In this document: positions 23,301 to 30,149 of the stretch, piece by piece
Layout: each line of letters opens with the position of its first letter
How positions within the stretch are numbered: position 1 is the first letter of the stretch
Source: Chiloscyllium plagiosum
Lineage: Eukaryota
Assembly: GCF_004010195.1 (NCBI RefSeq)
Contig: NC_057752.1
Coordinates: 1,053,330-1,083,478 of the forward strand
DNA: 30,149 nucleotides
Direction: 5' to 3'
Notes under the pieces: model-generated
Databases searched by the model: none
What the model was told of the DNA's origin: nothing
Seen by the model: only the letters and a program-made list of their open reading frames with translations
Made by a program: the position numbers and the translations under genes

Positions 23301-26300
23301 AAACCACATGGTCGCACATGGGCTTTTTGCGTTTGTACCTTGAATTTCGTACGTACGTTGAAGCAAAATTTTACGTACAATCCTGTTCGTAAACCGATTT
23401 GTATGTGAACGGATCGTTCGTATGTCGAGGCGCTACTGTACCAGTATTTGTGAGTTGCAAGCCAGGATTTCCTCCCTCTTCACTTCCCTCCTACACCCCA
23501 CCATCTCATCCTCATGCAACTCTGTCACCCTCTCTTTCTTCTCCATCTAAATCTTTCTTTTTCTCTCTCTCTCTCTTTCCCCACTCCCAGTGTGTAAATG
23601 TCTCCCCCTCCCTCTCCCTGCCTTGTGAGAGTTAACAGAGAGGGAGAGTTGAGGCCATGGAGGGATTTGAAGACAGGGATAAAAGTTTTAAAAGTGAACA
23701 TTTCAAAACCTTAACTTTCCCATTTTAAAAACCCAGGCTGCAGGCGGATGAGAGATTCGGGCTGCATTTGAACCTTAGATTAGGAGCTTCTCCAGTACAT
23801 CCTGCCTCTTTGAACAATCAACCAGCCGATTAATTTCCATCATGTGGAAGTGGCAATACATTGCAATTTGTAGGAAATGGGTCATTTCCTCCCCATCATC
23901 ATCTCACGCCATTATGAAGTGAAGTTCAGGAGTGATCCTTCACGTTTGTGCTGGCCACGTACCCAGTGCAGTGTATGGTCATTCGATTCTGGCATACCGT
24001 GCTGAGTGTGGCCATTTCCCAAAATAGCAGTCGCTGGAATGAGCAGGAAATGGAGGCCCAGCATCAGATCGGATGTATGCTGCAGGCAAATCTTTTTCTA
24101 CCTCATGTGCGGAATTGAAGTGACATGAGGTCACAGACATTGTTGTGGCTCCATTTTTATTTGTGTGTTTAAAATGGAACTTATTTCTGAAGGTAAATTA
24201 TCTCCTCGCTTTGTTGGTCAACACCGTCACCTTCATCTGCTCCCGTTAGCTTTTGTTTTCAAATCCTGCCAGATGCAAGGCTCCTCCATCTTAATGCTTG
24301 CTCTTTTTGATGAAGCAATACTTTTTAAACAAAAAGGAGAAAATCAAAATGATTCACCACGAAATCAAATGCTGTTGGGACTGCCAGTCAGGGAATGAGA
24401 ATTTATTGCTGTACGCTAGTAGTACAGGAGTTGTGCCCCTATCTCTGGCCCAGAAGATCTGGGTTGAAGTCCTAACTGGCCTGGAGGGGAGTCATAAATG
24501 TCCAAACAAATCGATCAAAAATGACTACAAGAATCCTTTTCCACCTGAGAGAGAAAGGTAGCCTGCACACATGCAACAAAGTGTTGTGAAGTTACCCGTG
24601 TAGGAGACTAACTGGCTCCTGCCTCTTCCTTTGCCGGATGCATGTTTACCAGATTAAACACCCATAGTCAAAAAAGAAAATCACAATACTTCGCTGTGGT
24701 TCAACAAATAACCAACAAGACATGCCTATTCAGCTTGACAATGCACCCATACCCCCTCTGCAGGGGTCCCTTCAGCGAAATCACGTCATCTGTGTGAAAC
24801 CCTGAACAAGCTGAAAAGACGACAGACTTTCTGATGGACAACAAAAGTTACAAGATGGGAAGTGCGCAAGATAAGACCATCTCCTCTGCACCTCTGAGCA
24901 CCAGTCGAAATGTGCTTATGCACCCGATGACCTTACTGTTACTACAACTCGCTGAAGGCTGGTTGGTCCCTTGTCAGTCTCCCACTGAAGAGGGTGTAGC
25001 TTAAGGCAAAGAAAAGGGGCCAGGAAACAGAGGCAGCTCAACAAGATAGGCCCAACTGCAAATGGAATTAACAGACAGGTATTCAGAAACTCACATCCCA
25101 GGTCAACAAATGCCACATTTATGGTTATTTGGGCAACTAGTCTCCTGCAGTACAGCATCACCGCATGCTGTTTACACTCACCACAAAGCTTTCAACAGAG
25201 CTTCCCAGGGAAGCAGGAACTGCACAGCTGCCATTCTCCAAACATGCTGCCAACTGAGCTCCTAAACAGTACCACGTGCAAAGGGACACCAAACCCTGGT
25301 GGGACCTCACTTGGAAAAGAGTGCAAAGCTCAACTCTCCAAATTTCAAAGAGAAATGGAGGCACTGGTAAAAAACGCAAAGAAATGACTATGACTTATTG
25401 TTACTGTCCAATAGGATCCCTTTCAAAAGGGAAAAATCTCCTCTATACAACTAAATTAAGCTGAATTTACTCCAGTCCCCCATCGTCCACAAACAGGTAG
25501 TGACAAGGACAGCCAAAACTACAATCACTTGGACAGGAAGACAAGTGGGATTACACATCTAACCAGACAGGAAGTGTTTGCAATTTTAAATTTCAGCCCT
25601 TTTTCAAAAAGTGCAGTTTTTAAGAACTACATGGCGCATAGACTGGGATTGAAGTGAAGCTAATGTTCTGACATTTGAAGATAAATGGGAGGTGCCATTC
25701 GGATAATTATGTGCATCCATCAGTGCCTGGTATGTGGGCTGAAAAACCCGACAGTGGGAGTATTGAAGCTTTGGAGAAATGCACAATGCACAACACACTC
25801 CTTAGAATTCTTCAAACAAAGGACCTCATCTAAAGTGAGAACCCACCTTTCTCTCTCGGATGCTCAACACACAACTAAATAGCTGATGTTGCCTACACAG
25901 CAACAATGACCACACTCCAAAGTAATTCATCATCTGAGAGACACCTCAAGGCACGAGGGAGAGATGCAATACGATAAGTCCATTCTCTTTTTCCGGCAAG
26001 CCTGCTGTGCATGACCAGGATTGATATAGAATTTGGCTTAAAACAAAAATTGAGAGCACTTGGTTTCCTAATCCCTCAACTCTGCTGTCAGTACAGTATC
26101 CATTTCTATCAGGTGCAGGTGTATGGCTTCCAGCTGATCTTCTGAAAACTCAGGACTTCGAAAGACAGACATTAACAAACTGGTCAAAGCCTCAATGGTC
26201 CCCCTAACGACCCAGGAAAGAAAACCACTTTGGGAGGTCAAGTGCAGAATCTGGACCCATACCAAAAGCAAGACCCCTATAGGGCAGGATGCTGGGCTTA

Positions 26301-29300
26301 TTTTTCCAAGGAGTTTTTAAATGCTATATCAATAAACATTGGTAAAATTATTAAAAAATGTATTTGAGATGTATGCAATGAGGCGGGACTTCTGCAACAA
26401 TCAGTGGGCTGCTTTCAGCAGTTTCCCAGGCAAGACACACGCACTCAACTGTTTCACTCCAAACATCCTGTTAAGTGGGCCATGCAGCAATGCGATGGAC
26501 TCTGCCATCTGCAAAAGGATTGTTACATGGGACCAGCATTATCACTTGATCTCGTGGATTCAGCAGTCTGCAGGAAGCCATTGTACCACAGATAATGGGA
26601 GGCTTTTCCTCCCAGCCATTCGATCCCAGCCTGCTGTGTAATTGAGGCTGCACAATGGTATATCCGAACTATGTTTCCACCATTAATCTACTAACTCCCG
26701 TGCCCAACCCGCAACAGATTGTATTCCTTTTCATTCTGACTTGTCTTAACCCTTGAAATGCCCCTTTCTTTTACCAATTTCAAGACGTAATTCTTTTGTC
26801 TTTTTAAGTGTGCAGTAGCTAGTTCGAGCTTCAGTTCAACAGTGAGTTTTTTTTAAGCCACTTGCTGACTGAAAGCTCAGAAACAAAACCAATGGCACTA
26901 ATTTCATGTTACGCTGTTCTGGTAAGTATGGGGCAACTGAGGGGCAGATGGTGGATTCATGGTCATGTCAGTTAACTAGCGATCCCCAAACTAATGCTCT
27001 ACTAATAAAGGTTGAAATCCGACCACAGCAGCATACTCACCCAATGTAATTGGTTCGGAGGGAGATCTCAAGCTCCCGTAACACTTTGGTTGATTCTTGC
27101 ACTCGGCGCCTGAATTTCTACAACAAAGAGTGGAGTGAGATTAGAGTAGGGCGTAGATTTGCTCATTTCTCCATTGGGGCATTTAACAAAAGACCACATG
27201 AACTGCACAGGAAAAATGGCACAACCCATATCTCTGTGAATGCACAATTATAAACCAGATTGTTTGCAATACACCTGACCCCAAGATTAGGTTCTGATCT
27301 ATATCCCTACACCATGAAAGTCACCTATTTCCACCTCCATAGCATTGCTTAACTTCTTTCTGCTTCAGCACGTCAGTTGTGGGAAGCCTCATCCATGCCT
27401 TTGTTGCCTCCAGATCAACTATTCCACCAGACCCCTATTGCTCTTCCACATTACATCCTATGTCTGCATGGCATCCAAAACTCTGCTGTCTGTGTCTTAA
27501 CTCGCATCCAGACCTGTTCACCCATCACTCATGCCTGTTAACCTGCCCTGGCATGGTTAAGCAACAGCTCAGCTTTAAAGTTCTCATCCTGGTTTCCGTC
27601 ATCATTCCCTGCCTCTACAACATGTTCTCACCCAACAACACTCCAAGATATCTGAACTCAACTAATTGTGTTCTCTGGGCTGCTGCTGATGTGAATCGTT
27701 CTGCCATTGACAAGCTGTGCCATAGTTGCCAAGACCCCATGCTGAAGGAATTGCCTCCCGACACCTCCCCACTTTTCTACCTTTCTTTCCTCTAAGATAT
27801 TCCTTGAAACCTTCCTCCTTGACCAGGCTTCTGATCATCACTCAAAATCTCCATATGTGGCTTGCTGTCCTTTTTTTTTAAGAAAATGGCCCTGTGAGTA
27901 AAGCCCCTTAGGAACTGTCATTACATTAAAGGCACTATATAAATGCAAGATGTTATCGATTGGAGCTGAGCTTTGATCTACACATCGCCATTTCTAATTC
28001 TCCAGGAAGTCACACAACAAACAGCTGGAGAATAGAACTTGGAACAGTACAGCACAGTACAAGCCCTTCAGCCCTCTATGTTGTGCCAGCCTTTTATCCT
28101 ACTCGAAGATCAAACTAACCTACATACCCTTCATGCGCTTAAATGTCCCGAAATGGATCTGACTCTACTACCACTGCTGGCAGTGCATTCCATGCACCCA
28201 CCACTCTGTGTGTAAAGGACCTACCTCTGACATCGCCCCTAAACCTTCCTCCAATCACCTTAAAATTATGCCCCATTGTGATAGACATTTCCGCCCTGGG
28301 AAAAAGTCTCTGGCGATCTGCTCCATTTCTGCCTCTTGAAATCTTGTACACTACTATCAAGTCATCTCTCCAATGAGTAAATAATTGAGCAATAACATGG
28401 CTAACACAGTGACATTACAGTAGATTCTTGAAGATGGACAGCTGAATTCAGGTTGAACATTCTCTAGTAAATTAGGATCCAGGGCTGTCCCTTCAGCCCT
28501 GTATCACACCCAGTGAGTGATCTACATCAAGTGACGTGGATTAAACAGGCAGAATGGTCAATGATAACAGGGATGATAACCATGCAATAGGTATACAAGT
28601 AGTTCAGGAACCCAATTCTGATAATGCACAAACATTTCCTTCAACAGCCCCTTCTAAACTCACAGCCAACCTCATCTTGAAGGACAAGGGCAGCAGATAG
28701 ATGGGAACACCACCCCTGCAAGCTCCCCTCCAAGAAACTCACCATCCTGACTTGGAAATATATCGCCGTTCCTTCACTGTTACTAGATCAAAATCCTGGA
28801 ATTCCCTCCCTAAGGGCATTGTGGGTCTACCTACAGCACATGGACTGCAGTAATTCAAGAAGGCAGCTCACTCCCAAGGGGCAACTAGGGACAGGGCAAT
28901 AAATGTGGGCCCAGCCAGCAAAGCCCACATCCCATGAATGAATAAATGAAAAAGGATAAAGGATAATGCTGCCCTACCCAAACATGTCGGTGTGAAAATA
29001 AATCACATACCCACACTCTTACACAACATATGGATGATAAAAAGGAACCCGCACCTTAAAACAAGAAACCAATTTTGCCCCCCATTTCCTCTACACCTTT
29101 CTGTCTATTCTCTAATGATTGGTTTCTCTAGTTACTGCCCATGCTGAAACAAAGAGTTGTGGATGATTTTGATATTTACAAAACAGAGACAAACCATTTG
29201 GTCCAACCGGTTGGTCATCAGTCACAATCTGAGGATATAAAATAGACTATTTAAGAGTGAGAAGGAGAAATTTCTTCAACCAGAGAGTGAAGCCTGGGGT

Positions 29301-29752
29301 GAGCCTGTGAAATTCTCTGCCACAGAAAGCAGTCTTTCAAGAAGGAGTTAGATACAATTCATAGGGCTAAAGGGATCAAAGGGTATAGGGAGAAAGCAGG
29401 AACAGGGACGGTGTTCGACGATCAGCCATAATCATACTGAATGACAGAGATGGCTCAAAGGGCTGAATGGTCTACTCCTGTCCCTTTTATTCCCCCCACT
29501 TTGTTTCTCTGTTTATACATGACATAAGCTGCCTCCACCCCACTGGCATATCATTCTATTCCTTTCTCTTGACAAGATTCATTGAACAAGAGTGAGTTTG
29601 TCATCATTTGACAGAGGTTCGCTGTATAACAAGTCGTTTCTACAGGACTGTGCAACCAGAATCCCTTTTACCTTCCTGGTGACTCCGGGATCCAAGTAGC
29701 TCTTCAGCTTTTGAATATAGGTATGTGGAGGATTCTTCACCTGAAAGCGCTC
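2114..29752 (-). CDS. FMNL3: Formin-like protein (FMNL family, most similar to FMNL3), partial gene: 12 internal coding exons covering GBD/FH3, coiled coil and start of FH1
   Basis: The exons splice into one open frame of 1369 nt (81+77+84+153+109+77+94+75+111+150+102+256) with GT-AG ends and matching phases. Residues I recall as FMNL3-like rather than FMNL2-like: [61 protein letters not shown]. Paralog assignment needs phylogeny or synteny. Confidence 0.9.
2523..2580 (+). mobile_element. 3' tail fragment of the S1 SINE
   Basis: caagccactcgattcaagggcaaggagggatgagcaataaaagccggccttgcc matches 3217-3268. Confidence 0.6.
2915..3295 (+). mobile_element. tRNA-derived SINE, near full length (family 'S1' here)
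   Basis: A-box-like AGTGGTAATG and B-box GGTTCAAATCC; body repeated at 5505-5830 and 14985-15140; 3' tail AAGGGCAA..AGGGATG.GCAATAAA shared with LINE ends at about 8050-8114 and 28876-28945. Confidence 0.8.
3500..3601 (-). CDS. FMNL3: FMNL3 exon K (102 nt, phase 0-0): [34 protein letters not shown]
   Basis: Acceptor accaccacag|TTA, donor AAG|gtaagg; coiled coil. Confidence 0.95.
4088..4205 (+). mobile_element. Short (about 120 bp) tRNA-derived SINE
   Basis: GCTGTGGTAG A-box-like and GGTTCAAGTCC B-box; a decayed relative lies at about 24420-24522. Confidence 0.6.
4381..4530 (-). CDS. FMNL3: FMNL3 exon J (150 nt, phase 0-0): [50 protein letters not shown]
   Basis: Acceptor tttctcctcag|AAA, donor CAT|gtaagt. 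Confidence 0.95.
4711..4803. mobile_element. Inverted pair of Penelope-like pLTR fragments (second family) with decayed hammerhead motifs
   Basis: Arms 4711-4742 and 4744-4775 are reverse complements at 26/32 positions; matches 14829-14905. Confidence 0.75.
4823..5122 (-). mobile_element. HE1-like V-SINE (elasmobranch tRNA-derived SINE)
   Basis: Minus-strand head CTCAGTGGTTAGCACTGCCGCCTCA...CCCGGGTTTGATTCC; V-domain-like GGTTTCCTCCCACAGTCAAAAGA..GTGCAGGTTAAGTGGATTGCCATGCTAAATTGCC; tail ending GATTCTATGA. Confidence 0.85.
5505..5830 (+). mobile_element. S1 tRNA-derived SINE, diverged copy
   Basis: Collinear with 2915-3295 (GTTCAAATCC, GAAATCTGC..CCTTACCTGGTCTG, GGGCAATTAGGGA). Confidence 0.75.
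5990..6100 (-). CDS. FMNL3: FMNL3 exon I (111 nt, phase 0-0): [37 protein letters not shown]
   Basis: Acceptor ttgctgctag|GTG, donor GAG|gtgggt; FH3 domain core. Confidence 0.95.
6157..6771 (-). mobile_element. CR1 LINE 3' fragment, same family as 1-908, decayed
   Basis: Collinear with 1-588 with several indels; includes the 3' terminus. Confidence 0.9.
6815..6965 (+). mobile_element. Old CR1-like 3' end fragment
   Basis: gaagcagattcaatagca..gaactggataaatacttgaag..gggctaaatggcctcct resembles a CR1 ORF2 end plus tail. Confidence 0.5.
7344..7418 (-). CDS. FMNL3: FMNL3 exon H (75 nt, phase 0-0): [25 protein letters not shown]
   Basis: Acceptor ctctttttcaag|GTG, donor ATG|gtaagc. Confidence 0.95.
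7809..8114 (+). mobile_element. LINE 3' end (CR1/L2 group), candidate partner of the S1 SINE
   Basis: Encodes [34 protein letters not shown]; highly similar copy at 28640-28950. Confidence 0.8.
8200..8735 (+). mobile_element. Decayed CR1-like LINE 3' fragment
   Basis: Remnants FRRIRDDLI, aatttcttcactc, aatctttggaattctct (LWNSL) and a gatcag..gaatgg tail. Confidence 0.7.
9091..9134 (+). repeat. Compound microsatellite (AGAC)7(AC)n
   Basis: Read directly; lies 20 nt downstream of the exon G donor. Confidence 0.95.
9155..9248 (-). CDS. FMNL3: FMNL3 exon G (94 nt, phase 2-0): [31 protein letters not shown]
   Basis: Acceptor ttattttgcag|A, donor GAG|gtagca. Confidence 0.95.
10117..10193 (-). 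CDS. FMNL3: FMNL3 exon F (77 nt, phase 0-2): [26 protein letters not shown]
   Basis: Acceptor ttcttattcag|TAC, donor CAG|gtaaga. Confidence 0.95.
10394..10502 (-). CDS. FMNL3: FMNL3 exon E (109 nt, phase 2-0): [36 protein letters not shown]
   Basis: Acceptor ttcttccacag|C, donor CAG|gtacgg. Confidence 0.95.
10750..10950 (-). mobile_element. Decayed L2-like LINE 3' fragment
   Basis: gatgaccaagatcttggtcaagg and tttagggaagagattccagca resemble the reverse complement of the L2 end at about 27735-27840. Confidence 0.5.
10984..11013 (+). repeat. (AGG)10 microsatellite
   Basis: Read directly. Confidence 0.95.
11214..11249 (-). ncRNA. Minimal type I hammerhead ribozyme motif with intact core, in the PLE pLTR
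   Basis: Minus strand reads ATTC CTGATGA A GGGC TTTT GCCC GAAAC GTC GATT: both core boxes, 4-bp stem II, palindromic ACGT stem III and a GUC triplet. Confidence 0.8.
11357..11868. other. Assembly gap (512 N) inside the Penelope-like element
   Basis: Run of N. Confidence 1.
13420..13850 (-). mobile_element. Highly decayed CR1-like RT fragment
   Basis: Minus strand gctgatacaaagttcggt (ADTKFG, compare FADDTK.G) and aggctgcaaaagggtatagacaggttaggt ([10 protein letters not shown]). Confidence 0.6.
14829..14925 (-). mobile_element. Penelope-like pLTR fragment (second family) with a hammerhead-like motif at 14874-14905
   Basis: Minus strand reads CC CTGAAGA A GGG TTACT CCT GAAAC GTT GAC, followed by ctctccacctcctgatgc...gtgttcttccagc. 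Confidence 0.7.
14985..15140 (+). mobile_element. S1 SINE 3' half
   Basis: ggaaatctgccattcttatccagtctgg..cacagcaatgtggttaactct..ctggccttgcca matches 3117-3285. Confidence 0.75.
17385..17500 (-). mobile_element. Older Penelope-like pLTR fragment (third family) with a decayed hammerhead
   Basis: Minus strand reads CTGAGTA A GAGTC ATGCTG GACTT GAAAC ATT AAC, then acagacctgctgagtttctccagca, homologous to the other pLTR tails. Confidence 0.55.
18721..18873 (-). CDS. FMNL3: FMNL3 exon D (153 nt, phase 2-2): [51 protein letters not shown]
   Basis: Acceptor gacctag|G, donor ACG|gtatgt; RSIEDL and RSARQS motifs; symmetric, so skippable in frame. Confidence 0.93.
20031..20610 (-). mobile_element. Decayed CR1-like LINE 3' fragment
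   Basis: [20 protein letters not shown] remnant; ctgtgcacagtgctcc; CR1-type tail. Confidence 0.75.
20907..21270 (-). mobile_element. Decayed CR1-like LINE 3' end related to 20031-20610
   Basis: Shared tail gccattcagccc..ctctgtcattcaataagat..ggctaatctgat. Confidence 0.7.
21695..21778 (-). CDS. FMNL3: FMNL3 exon C (84 nt, phase 2-2): [28 protein letters not shown]
   Basis: Acceptor ttctcttctag|G, donor TAT|gtaagt; conserved WVREFL motif. Confidence 0.95.
22030..22228 (+). mobile_element. DeuSINE/SacSINE1-like SINE, 5' part
   Basis: B-box GAGTTCAAGTCCCACTCCAGAGAC, TGCAGTACTGAGG..TGCTGCACTG and Deu-domain-like AAGAAGAGCTGGGGAGT (recalled consensus). Confidence 0.7.
22262..22884 (-). mobile_element. 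Penelope-like element 3' fragment (GIY-YIG region C-terminus plus pLTR) capped by an inverted partial pLTR
   Basis: Minus-strand translation of about 22575-22758 is [21 protein letters not shown]...[18 protein letters not shown]; 22761-22884 is an inverted copy of 22306-22433. Confidence 0.88.
22323..22357 (-). ncRNA. Minimal hammerhead ribozyme motif with intact core and GUU triplet
   Basis: Minus strand reads TTC CTGATGA A GGGC TTTT GCCC GAAAC GTT GATT. Confidence 0.72.
22900..23086 (+). mobile_element. DeuSINE/SacSINE1-like SINE, 3' part continuing 22030-22228
   Basis: TGTCCTGG..AACATC..TGGTCATTATCACATTG..TGGGAG.TTGCTGTG..CAACAGTGACT.CACTTCA..TACTTCA.TGGCTGTAAAGC, ending at TATATA. Confidence 0.7.
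23087..23438. mobile_element. Non-autonomous Tc1/mariner-superfamily (pogo/Tigger-like) MITE, 352 bp
   Basis: Perfect 15-bp TIR CAGTAGCGCCTCGAC (21/23 when extended), TA target duplication on both sides (23085-86 and 23439-40), no transposase ORF. Confidence 0.92.
23628..23695 (-). mobile_element. Short L2-like fragment
   Basis: gaggccatggagggatttgaagacagggataaaagttttaaa; its reverse complement resembles tttaaagttctcatcctggtttc at 27574-27596. Confidence 0.45.
25860..25990 (+). mobile_element. Old DeuSINE-like 3' remnant
   Basis: cctacacagcaacaatgaccacactccaaagtaattcat resembles 23005-23043. Confidence 0.4.
26942..27032 (+). mobile_element. Decayed head of the S1 SINE abutting the exon B donor
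   Basis: tggtcatgtca..actagcgatcc..ctaatgctct..ggttgaaatccgaccac resembles 2933-3000 and 5513-5580. Confidence 0.55.
27041..27117 (-). CDS. FMNL3: FMNL3 exon B (77 nt, phase 0-2): [26 protein letters not shown]
   Basis: Acceptor tttgttgtag|AAA, donor TGG|gtgagt; not called in the ORF track on this strand. Confidence 0.95.
27300..27955 (+). mobile_element. L2-clade LINE 3' fragment, decayed
   Basis: [15 protein letters not shown] and FKVLILV remnants; tail ttaaaggcactatataaatgcaag. Confidence 0.8.
28032..28370 (-). mobile_element. CR1 LINE 3' fragment, internally deleted
   Basis: [46 protein letters not shown]. Confidence 0.85.
28640..28950 (+). mobile_element. LINE 3' end, same family as 7809-8114
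   Basis: [20 protein letters not shown]; tail ends cccacatcccatgaatgaataaa. Confidence 0.8.
29221..29485 (+). mobile_element. Decayed CR1-like LINE 3' end
   Basis: agaaatttcttcaaccagagagtg (RNFFNQRV), aattctctgcca (NSLP) and tail gggctgaatggtctactcctg. Confidence 0.75.
29672..29752 (-). CDS. FMNL3: FMNL3 exon A (81 nt, phase 0-0): [27 protein letters not shown]
   Basis: Acceptor ttttattatcag|GAG, donor AAG|gtaaaa; conserved FMNL GBD sequence. Confidence 0.95.
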
Positions 29753-29814
29753 CTGATAATAAAAGAGAGAAACCAAGCAAATAGTCAGACAGGTAACTTA
29801 GTCTCAAAGACAAA

Positions 29815-30041
29815 AGCGAGAGAGCGCGAGAAAAGAAACGAGAGAGAGAGAGAGCGAGAGCGAGAGCGAGAGCGAGAGAGCGCGAGAGCGAGAGCGCGAA
29901 AAAACGAGAACGAGAGAGAACGAGAGCGAGAGAGCGCGAGAACGAGAGAAATAACACGAACGGGAGAAAGAGCACGAACGAGAGAGAGAGCGCGAACGAG
30001 AGAGAACGAGAGCGAGAGCACGAACGAGAGAGAACGAAAAT

Positions 30042-30073
<32 letters not shown>

Positions 30074-30149
30074 AAACGAGAACGAGAGAGAGAAAACGAG
30101 AACGAGAGAAAGAGAGAGAACAAGAACGAGAAAAAACACGAACGAGAGA
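29815..30149 (+). repeat. Complex purine-rich simple repeat (GA)n/(GAGC)/(GAGAAC), running off the window
   Basis: Read directly; almost no T on the plus strand. Confidence 0.95.

Noticed and set aside
25182..25363. Possible 182-nt minus-strand exon (ttttttaccag|...GTG|gtgagt)
   Set aside because: The splice sites look good, but it has an early stop in the phase required by exon B, its open frame (phase 1-0) fits neither neighbour, and it has no formin similarity. Treated as a pseudo-exon without RNA data.
29640..30139. Ser/Leu/Arg- and Glu/Arg-rich ORFs
   Set aside because: They are translations of the simple repeat.
1..30149. Prokaryotic-type systems (CRISPR arrays, operons) and the remaining short ORFs
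   Set aside because: There are no regularly spaced direct repeats or operon structure. The short ORFs have no recognisable homology and are of the lengths expected by chance.

Overview
This is vertebrate genomic DNA, and the repeat families suggest a cartilaginous fish such as a shark (inference). The window lies inside a minus-strand formin-like gene that best matches FMNL3. Twelve consecutive coding exons (29752 down to 2114, 1369 nt spliced) have GT-AG boundaries and matching phases. They encode the GBD/FH3 region, the coiled coil and the start of FH1; the gene's start and FH2/DAD lie outside the window. The introns hold CR1-like and L2-like LINE fragments, tRNA-derived SINEs (HE1/V-SINE-like, DeuSINE-like and others), a young CpG-rich pogo/Tigger-like MITE, and several Penelope-like retroelement (PLE) pieces. 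The PLE terminal repeats carry minimal hammerhead ribozyme motifs, the best-preserved ones in the sense orientation of the host pre-mRNA. There are also several candidate unannotated cassette or micro-exons and a 512-nt assembly gap. Family names come from recalled consensus features, not database searches.
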